A program made the translations under genes and the position numbers. This document shows positions 29,427 through 35,957 of a stretch of 35,957 bases of DNA, piece by piece; position 1 is the first letter of the stretch, and the number at the start of each line of letters is the position of its first letter. Origin of the DNA: Porcipelethomonas sp. (lineage in GTDB: Bacteria > Bacillota > Clostridia > Oscillospirales > Ruminococcaceae); contig JBJEQU010000258.1 of NCBI GenBank assembly GCA_051881935.1, positions 1 through 35,957 of the forward strand, written 5' to 3'. A model generated the notes under the pieces. It had not been told where the DNA came from and did no database searches. It worked only from the letters and a program-made list of their open reading frames with translations.

Positions 29427-31016
29427 ATGAAAAAATCAGATACAAACGCAGATAAAACAGGGCAACCTGCCAAAGTAACCCCTGAAAATCTTGACAAGTT
29501 GGTTAAAGATGTAGTACAATTACTCTTGTATAAAGGCATTACTATAGCTACTGCCGAAAGCTGTACAGGGGGACTCCTGTCAGAGCTTATCACGTCTGTA
29601 CCCGGAGCATCGAAAATCTTCGAGATCGGCGTGTGCACATATTCAAACAAAATAAAGCATGAATACCTCGGCGTTCCCAAAGCGCTGTTCAAGCAATACG
29701 GCGCAGTAAGCCGTCAGGTCGCCCTCGCCATGGTCGCAGGGCTTCAGAAACAGTCGGGAGCTGATATATGCATTTCTGTTACCGGAACAGCAGGTCCGGG
29801 AGGAGGAACCCCCGAAAAGCCTGTCGGTACCGTTTTTGTAGGGATAAGCTGCGGCAGAAAGAGAATAGTAAAGCTTTTAAGGCTCTGGGAGCTTGAGGAC
29901 AAGAGCCGTGACAACATAAGAATGAATGTTGCCTACAGAGTCTTTGATTTTCTCAGGCAGATGGTTTCGGTAATGCCGGACGATCTTCCGGAAAATACCG
30001 TCAGCGAGTCGAAGGGTACAGAGGTCGCAAAAAGACTTATTCCATGGAAGGGCGATTCTGCTTCTCAGATTATAAGGAAGGTTGTCTTTCTTGGCTCGGT
30101 CATTATCTTTACTGTGTGCCTCTTCCTTGTAGTGGACTACTACTGGGGCAATTACAAAAACCAGAAGCTGGGGGAGGATCTCCAGAATCTCTACAGTCAG
30201 GCTGAAACGACGCCTCCTGCTGCGTCTTCTCCGGAAGAATCTGCAACAGAAAAGGTGTGGACGCTCAAGGACGGTGCAAAAGCCCTGCTGGAACGCAACA
30301 GCGATGTTGTAGGCTATATAAATATCCCGGACACTGTTATCAGCTATCCTGTTGTTCAGAGAAAACAGGAGGACGGAAACGATTATTACACGAAAAAAAA
30401 TATAGACAAGGAAAACGCCGATGCCGGTTCAATATTCCTTGACTGGAGAAACTATTTTGATTATATAGTTGATGGTACGAAGGTACTTGAAAACTCCCAG
30501 AACCTCATAATCTATGGTCATGAGATGAAGGACGGCTCAATGTTCGGAACTCTCAAAAACTACAAGGATTATGACGGCTACTACAGTGAACATCCTATCA
30601 TAGAACTCAGCTCAAATTATGAGACATATAAATATAAGATATTTGCTTATTTTATTGTGGACGCTGAGGATCAGACCGAAACCAAATTCGACTGCTGGAA
30701 CACTCTTGACTTTGAAAGTGAAGAGCAGTTCTATGAATATGTAAACAATGCAAAAAAGCGTTCATTTACATTCAATGATGTGGATGTAAGATACGGCGAC
30801 CAGCTGCTGACCCTGCAGACCTGCCACAGCATGTTCAGTACTGCAAGATTTTTTGTTATGGCAAGAATGGTGAGGGACGGCGAAGACCCATATGAGGGAA
30901 CAGATAATGTAAGAGTCAATGACAATATCCTCTGGCCGTCTATCTATTATGAGTGGAATGAAAACAATTATGATCCCGATGCAGAGTTTGAAAGCTATCC
31001 TCTGACAACGGAATGA
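29427..31016 (+). CDS. PncC/CinA C-terminal domain fused via a TM helix to a class B sortase
   Basis: ATAESCTGG, YSNKIK, GAVS, SVTGTAGPGGGTPEKPVGTV; TM segment; IYGHEMKDGSMF, LTLQTC, ARF; single uninterrupted ORF. Confidence 0.85.
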   Translation: MKKSDTNADKTGQPAKVTPENLDKLVKDVVQLLLYKGITIATAESCTGGLLSELITSVPGASKIFEIGVCTYSNKIKHEYLGVPKALFKQYGAVSRQVALAMVAGLQKQSGADICISVTGTAGPGGGTPEKPVGTVFVGISCGRKRIVKLLRLWELEDKSRDNIRMNVAYRVFDFLRQMVSVMPDDLPENTVSESKGTEVAKRLIPWKGDSASQIIRKVVFLGSVIIFTVCLFLVVDYYWGNYKNQKLGEDLQNLYSQAETTPPAASSPEESATEKVWTLKDGAKALLERNSDVVGYINIPDTVISYPVVQRKQEDGNDYYTKKNIDKENADAGSIFLDWRNYFDYIVDGTKVLENSQNLIIYGHEMKDGSMFGTLKNYKDYDGYYSEHPIIELSSNYETYKYKIFAYFIVDAEDQTETKFDCWNTLDFESEEQFYEYVNNAKKRSFTFNDVDVRYGDQLLTLQTCHSMFSTARFFVMARMVRDGEDPYEGTDNVRVNDNILWPSIYYEWNENNYDPDAEFESYPLTTE

Positions 31017-31047
31017 AAGAAAAAATAAAAAAAAGAAGGTAACAACA

Positions 31048-31950
31048 ATGAGTAAATTCAGAAGATTTGCAGCGTATGCTGCCGTGGCAGCAATGGCTAT
31101 ATCGTCTATGGCTGTGACAGGCTGTGACGAAAAACAGGAGAGCAGTTCACAGGCGGCAGATGAGCTTGCCCCCACTGAGGCAGCTACTGAAGCTGTCGCT
31201 GTGGAATACCCTGATATCCAAAGCTTCTCGGATGAGCCAAACGGCATGCTGGGACGTGCAAAGGCTCTGAGAGCTATCAACGACGATATCATCGGATACA
31301 TTAAGATCCCCGGTACCAACGTTGACTATCCGGTAACACAGTATGACGGTGAGGATCTCGATACACAGGGCAACGCCTACTACATGGACACCGATATATA
31401 CGGAAATTATCTTGAATCGGGTACTATATTCATGGATTATCGTGATGTCTTTGTCCCTGATAAGAGCAAGCAGTCACAGAACCTCGTACTTTACGGGCAC
31501 AACATGTTAAACGGCTCAAAGTTTGCAACACTTCATTATTACAGACAGGACGATTCATTCTATGAAGAAAGTCCCATTATCGAGTTCAGCTCCAACTACG
31601 AGAATACAAAATATGTCATATTTGCATATTTCGTTACCAGCGGAAGCTATGGTGAAAGCAGCTACGGAGAGGAATTTGCATACTGGGATATGGAAAATAT
31701 GAACGAAGAGGAATTCAACAAATATGTTGAGGTATGCAATGAACGCTCATACATATCCCCTGGCATTGACGTAAAATACGGAGATCAGCTGCTGACCCTC
31801 CAGACCTGCCATCTTGATGAAGATAATTCTCGCTTCCTTGTAATCGGCAGACGTCTTCGTGACGACGAAACGCCGGAAGACTTTATGAATAAAACTGCGG
31901 ATGCTGAAAGCGGCGATGCCGGAGTCAGTGAAGAAGAAACCGAAGAATAA
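31048..31950 (+). CDS. srtB: Class B sortase, predicted lipoprotein
   Basis: Lipobox VTGC; GTIFMDYR, LYGHNMLNGSKF, LTLQTC, SRFLV. Confidence 0.88.
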   Translation: MSKFRRFAAYAAVAAMAISSMAVTGCDEKQESSSQAADELAPTEAATEAVAVEYPDIQSFSDEPNGMLGRAKALRAINDDIIGYIKIPGTNVDYPVTQYDGEDLDTQGNAYYMDTDIYGNYLESGTIFMDYRDVFVPDKSKQSQNLVLYGHNMLNGSKFATLHYYRQDDSFYEESPIIEFSSNYENTKYVIFAYFVTSGSYGESSYGEEFAYWDMENMNEEEFNKYVEVCNERSYISPGIDVKYGDQLLTLQTCHLDEDNSRFLVIGRRLRDDETPEDFMNKTADAESGDAGVSEEETEE

Positions 31951-31973
31951 AAATCCCCGAATGGAGTTTATTT

Positions 31974-33170
31974 ATGAATTTTTTTAAAAGTAAAAAATGC
32001 ACAGCAGTCATACTTTCTGCATTGCTCCTGGGTTCTTCTGTTTTTGGCGGGATTTTAAGCAGCTATAGCATCCGTGCTGTTGAGGATGAACCAGCAAATA
32101 ATACCCATGCTGCCAGTGCCAGCGAAAACAGAAACAAACCGGCTTCCATACTGAAAGAGGCGGTTGTCCTCTGGAAAGCGGAACTGTCAGATTACAGCAG
32201 CAGCTTTTCACTCACCAACTACGAGATCGTAGATGCCGGAGATGAAGACACTGAAGAAGCCAAAAAGACTGAAAGTTCCGGAAACGCTGCGGAAAATGCT
32301 GCGGCAGCTGAACAGTCAGCTGTTCAGAGTGACTACAGGCTGGATTATGTAAACGGTGCTACAAATTATACAGTCCCGGAGAGAGAGTATGTGGAACCTG
32401 CCAGCATTGAATCCGGTAACTTCGGATTTACGACATACGGATATGGTCACGGTCTGGGTCTTAGCCAGAACGGTGCCAATTACTATGCAACCTACGGCGG
32501 CTGGGGTTACCAGACTATACTTGCCCATTACTATCCGGGAACATATATTCAGAATACCGGTACTGCATCGGGTGAAACAATTACAGCCGGCGGTATAAGC
32601 GGAAACGTGCTTGACATTGTTTCAATGGTTGTCTACAACGAAATGTCAGACTGCATGAATGCCGAGGCCATGAAAGCGCAGGCGGTTGCTGCGTATTCGT
32701 ACATAAAATACAAAGGCGGCAATGCACCGGATCTCTGTCCCCGTTCCAATCCCCCGGAAAATGTAGTAAATGCAGTACGTCAGGTTCTGGGCGAAGCTCT
32801 CTATTATAACGGCAGCTATGCACTTGCTATGTTCGGTGCATCAAGCGGCGGTGCAACAGCTTCATGCTATGACATCTTCTATGAGGATATCCCGTATCTG
32901 AGAAGCGTTTCCTGTGACTATGACGCACAGTGTGACCCTCATTACGGTACAGTCGTAGCAATGAGCGCTTCCGAAGTGAAATATATTCTCGAAAGCAATT
33001 ACGGCATAGCACTTTCCGATGACCCCAATAACTGGATCCAGGTTATTGAAGGTGACGGCGGATACGCTGCAAGTGTTGTGATAGACGGTCAGGTCACAGT
33101 CAAGGGCAATGAATTTAAAATTTGTCTTGGACTGAAATCGCCGAAATTTACATGTCAGTACTATAGTTAA
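31974..33170 (+). CDS. Secreted SpoIID/LytB-domain lytic transglycosylase-like protein with permuted motif order
   Basis: GHGLGLSQNGA...ILAHYYPG precedes NEMS...EAMKAQAVAAYSY, SSGGAT, PYLRSV and LGLKS. Confidence 0.82.
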   Translation: MNFFKSKKCTAVILSALLLGSSVFGGILSSYSIRAVEDEPANNTHAASASENRNKPASILKEAVVLWKAELSDYSSSFSLTNYEIVDAGDEDTEEAKKTESSGNAAENAAAAEQSAVQSDYRLDYVNGATNYTVPEREYVEPASIESGNFGFTTYGYGHGLGLSQNGANYYATYGGWGYQTILAHYYPGTYIQNTGTASGETITAGGISGNVLDIVSMVVYNEMSDCMNAEAMKAQAVAAYSYIKYKGGNAPDLCPRSNPPENVVNAVRQVLGEALYYNGSYALAMFGASSGGATASCYDIFYEDIPYLRSVSCDYDAQCDPHYGTVVAMSASEVKYILESNYGIALSDDPNNWIQVIEGDGGYAASVVIDGQVTVKGNEFKICLGLKSPKFTCQYYS

Positions 33171-33218
33171 GAACCTGTCTTCATAAGACATGTGCATACG
33201 CTTGTGAAGACAGGTTCT
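33170..33218. terminator. 18-bp hairpin after the SpoIID-like gene
   Basis: AGAACCTGTCTTCATAAG / CTTGTGAAGACAGGTTCT; no clear U-tract. Confidence 0.5.
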
Positions 33219-33324
33219 AAAGATTGGCATTGCCGGTTCTCTCCGGCAGTGCCTTGTTGTATATTTTGAAATTATATACCGGACAGATATTTTGATACTG
33301 CCTGCGGCAGAATGGAGAATTACC

Positions 33325-34626
33325 ATGAATATGATCGATATTATCTTTAAAACCAAACGAAAGGAGAAGCTTGCAAAAGAAGAAATAGACTGGATGATAA
33401 AGGGCTATGTAAATGAAGATATCCCCGATTATCAGATGTCTGCATGGCTTATGGCAGTGTGCCTTAATTCCCTCAGTGAGGAGGAAACCTTCTGGCTCAC
33501 TGAGGCTATGAGAGATTCTGGAGACAAGCTTGATATGAGCGCAGTTGACGGCGTTACTGTTGACAAGCACAGCACCGGCGGCATCGGTGACAAGACAAGC
33601 CTTGTAATAGCTCCGGTGTGTGCAGCCTGCGGACTGCATGTGCCGAAAATGTCGGGGAGGGGTCTTGGCTTTACCGGCGGAACTATAGACAAGCTTGAGA
33701 GCATCGACGGATTTCACGTAAACGTAACATTTGATGAATATATCAATATTATAAATAAAAACGGTGCTGCCATTATTGCCCAGAGCGGCGATCTTGTACC
33801 TGCCGACAAAAAACTTTATGCACTGCGGGACGTGACGGGAACTGTTGACAGCATTCCTCTGATCTGTTCCAGCATCATGAGCAAAAAGCTTGCAACGGGG
33901 GCTGACTGTATTCTTCTTGACGTAAAATGCGGAAGCGGTGCATTTATGAAAACCATAGAGGATGCTCAACGGCTTGCAGAGCTTATGGTCATAGTCGGAA
34001 AAAATGCCGGCAGAAAATGCCGTGCTGTCATTACGGATATGAATCAGCCTCTTGGCAATGCGGTTGGCAACTCCCTGGAGGTCATCGAAGCATGTGAAAT
34101 CCTTTCAGGAAGATCAAAAGGGCGGCTTTACGACCTGTGTACAGAGCTTGCGGCCAACATGCTGGAACTCGGCGGCAAGGGTAACATTGAGTCATGCCGG
34201 AAAATGGCTGAAGAAAAAATAGAAAGCGGTGAAGCCCTGAAAAAATTTATGGATATGATCGGGGCACAGGGAGGAAACCCTGACACAGCTGTCGACTATT
34301 CCCTGTATAAGCAGCCGGAATATAAGCTTGAGGTCACCGCTGAAAAGGACGGCTATATTTCTTCAATAAACAGCGAGGAGATTGGCATGGCTTCTCTTAT
34401 GACCGGTGCCGGAAGAAAATCCAAATCAGACAGCATTGACAGCTCCGCCGGAATCATTCTGAATAAACATGTGGGAGACCACGCAGAAAGCGGCGAGGTA
34501 ATTATGACTCTTTATTCCTCAGTTGTATCTGACCTGAAGGACGCTGCCAAAAGGGCATACAGCGCTGTTGAAATATCCGACAAAAAACCGCAGGTTACCC
34601 CCGTTGTCATAAAAACTATCAGCTGA
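33325..34626 (+). CDS. pdp: Pyrimidine-nucleoside (thymidine) phosphorylase
   Basis: IPDYQMSAWLMA, DKHSTGGIGDK, KMSGRGLGFTGGTIDKLESI, SIMSKKLA; GGAG before ATG 33325. Confidence 0.96.
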   Translation: MNMIDIIFKTKRKEKLAKEEIDWMIKGYVNEDIPDYQMSAWLMAVCLNSLSEEETFWLTEAMRDSGDKLDMSAVDGVTVDKHSTGGIGDKTSLVIAPVCAACGLHVPKMSGRGLGFTGGTIDKLESIDGFHVNVTFDEYINIINKNGAAIIAQSGDLVPADKKLYALRDVTGTVDSIPLICSSIMSKKLATGADCILLDVKCGSGAFMKTIEDAQRLAELMVIVGKNAGRKCRAVITDMNQPLGNAVGNSLEVIEACEILSGRSKGRLYDLCTELAANMLELGGKGNIESCRKMAEEKIESGEALKKFMDMIGAQGGNPDTAVDYSLYKQPEYKLEVTAEKDGYISSINSEEIGMASLMTGAGRKSKSDSIDSSAGIILNKHVGDHAESGEVIMTLYSSVVSDLKDAAKRAYSAVEISDKKPQVTPVVIKTIS

Positions 34627-34635
34627 ATTTTTCTA

Positions 34636-34664
34636 TTGACATATCGGATATCAGGGTGTAAAAT
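34636..34664 (+). promoter_or_regulatory. SigA promoter
   Basis: TTGACA-17-TAAAAT. Confidence 0.7.
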
Positions 34665-34757
34665 GTATATTAAGACGGAACAAATTCCCGACACGCCGCA
34701 GCAGAGAATTTATTCCGTAATATAAGAGGCTATGCGTGCGGCAGATTGGAGACTACT

Positions 34758-35126
34758 ATGGATCTTTGGGATAAGGTAAAAAATGTCGCTAACGATGCGG
34801 CTAATGCACTTAACGACGCAGCAAGAGACGTTTCCACAGGCGCAAAGGAAATGTCTGAAAAATCAAGGCTTAAAAGAGCAATCAAAAATGAAGAACAGAA
34901 AATCAGCAATTGTTACAGGACTATTGGAGAAAAATTTTTTAACGAAAATTCCGCTGCCCCCGCCGGCTATGAAGAACAGTTTAACAATATAAGAAACTCA
35001 AACGCTGAAATCCAGAGGCTTCAGGGTGAATTGTCAGCCATTGAAAATTCTGCAAAATGCCCGAAATGCGGGGCAAGAGTAACTCCGGACCAGAGATTTT
35101 GCCAGAGCTGCGGAAACAGCCTTTGA
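34758..35126 (+). CDS. Coiled-coil protein with C-terminal zinc ribbon
   Basis: CPKCG...FCQSCG; GGAG before ATG 34758. Confidence 0.85.
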   Translation: MDLWDKVKNVANDAANALNDAARDVSTGAKEMSEKSRLKRAIKNEEQKISNCYRTIGEKFFNENSAAPAGYEEQFNNIRNSNAEIQRLQGELSAIENSAKCPKCGARVTPDQRFCQSCGNSL

Positions 35127-35138
35127 TAATATGAAAAA

Positions 35139-35165
35139 CAGGACATTCCTCATCGGAATGTCCTG
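35139..35165. terminator. Hairpin terminator between convergent genes
   Basis: CAGGACATTCC / GGAATGTCCTG. Confidence 0.7.
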
Positions 35166-35188
35166 CATTATTTTCAATATGTACAAAA

Positions 35189-35956
35189 TCAGTATGAGTG
35201 TCCCAGGAATGCGGCACCGATAATACCTGCGTCGTTGCCAAGCTTTGCAATAACGATCTCGGTGTTTTTGCTGGAGTTTCTTGTATAGACCTCATTCTTT
35301 ACAAGCTCCTTGACAGGAACAAGCAGAGCGTCTCCCTCATTGCATACGCCGCCGCCTATGCAGAGAATATCCGGCTGGAAAATATTTATTGTATTTGTAA
35401 TACCTGATGCCAGATATCTGATATATTTGTCAACAACTTCTTGAGCTGTCTTATCTCCCAGTCTCATTGCGTCAAAGGATGTTCTTGCAGTAACCTTGCC
35501 CTTTCTCTCTTCAGCAAGCTTATGCATTGCTGAATCCTTGTCGGCCTCCATTGCTTCCTTCGTCATCCTTATAAGACCGGTAGCAGAAGAGAACACCTCA
35601 AAGCAGCCTTTTCTTCCGCATGTACACTGAGGTCCGTCAACCTCAATAACCATATGACCTATCTCAGCTCCGGCAAAGTTAGAACCTGAATAAATTTTTC
35701 CATTAATAACTATTCCGCCGCCGACACCGGTACCGAGAGTAATGCACACAGCTGTATCAGCGCCTTTTGCCGCACCGGCTACATATTCGCCGTATGCCGC
35801 AGCATTTGCATCATTTTCAACATAAACAGGCTTGTTAACAGCCTCTCCGATATACTTTCCCAGCGGAGTATTGTCAAATCCGAGATTGCAGGAATATTCT
35901 ATAATTCCCTCCTTATTGTTTGCAATACCTGGAGCACCGACACCTACCCACTCAAT
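35189..35956 (-). CDS. ROK-family sugar kinase (glucokinase-like), 5' end outside the window
   Basis: ENDANAAAYGE, TLGTGVGGG, GAEIGH, CTCGRKGCFE, GIIGAA; frame open to the window edge. Confidence 0.92.
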   Translation of the reverse strand: MEWVGVGAPGIANNKEGIIEYSCNLGFDNTPLGKYIGEAVNKPVYVENDANAAAYGEYVAGAAKGADTAVCITLGTGVGGGIVINGKIYSGSNFAGAEIGHMVIEVDGPQCTCGRKGCFEVFSSATGLIRMTKEAMEADKDSAMHKLAEERKGKVTARTSFDAMRLGDKTAQEVVDKYIRYLASGITNTINIFQPDILCIGGGVCNEGDALLVPVKELVKNEVYTRNSSKNTEIVIAKLGNDAGIIGAAFLGHSY

Positions 35957-35957
35957 A

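Overview
A 36 kb chromosomal window from a spore-forming, dockerin-producing clostridial anaerobe. Ruminococcus-like/Oscillospiraceae is an inference from the dockerins, class B sortases, large SRP RNA and Spo0A boxes. Housekeeping blocks: ilvE; ffs-dnaX-ybaB-recR-deoD; dus; polA-rimI-tsaD-queH; pyrG; cysteine desulfurase-thiI; pdp; ROK kinase. The start of a cell-wall polymer operon lies at the left end. The most interesting part is an agr-type quorum-sensing locus (4.9-10.0 kb): a LytTR regulator, a GHKL kinase, AgrB and an unannotated 44-aa Ser-type AgrD. Two promoters there carry identically positioned tandem LytTR-type boxes. One drives agrB; the other drives an ORF-less structured ~235-nt RNA that shares a motif and fold with the agrD 3' trailer, a candidate RNAIII-like effector. 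A 999-bp dockerin-gene cassette bounded by a perfect 109-bp direct repeat sits between agrB and agrD. Other oddities: a CiaR/csRNA-like sRNA after deoD, two MITE families, a CTG-initiated tsaD, a PncC(CinA-C)-sortase B fusion, a circularly permuted SpoIID, and several non-CAZyme dockerin or secreted-protein genes with N-terminal frameshifts. All calls come from reading the sequence; no database searches were run.
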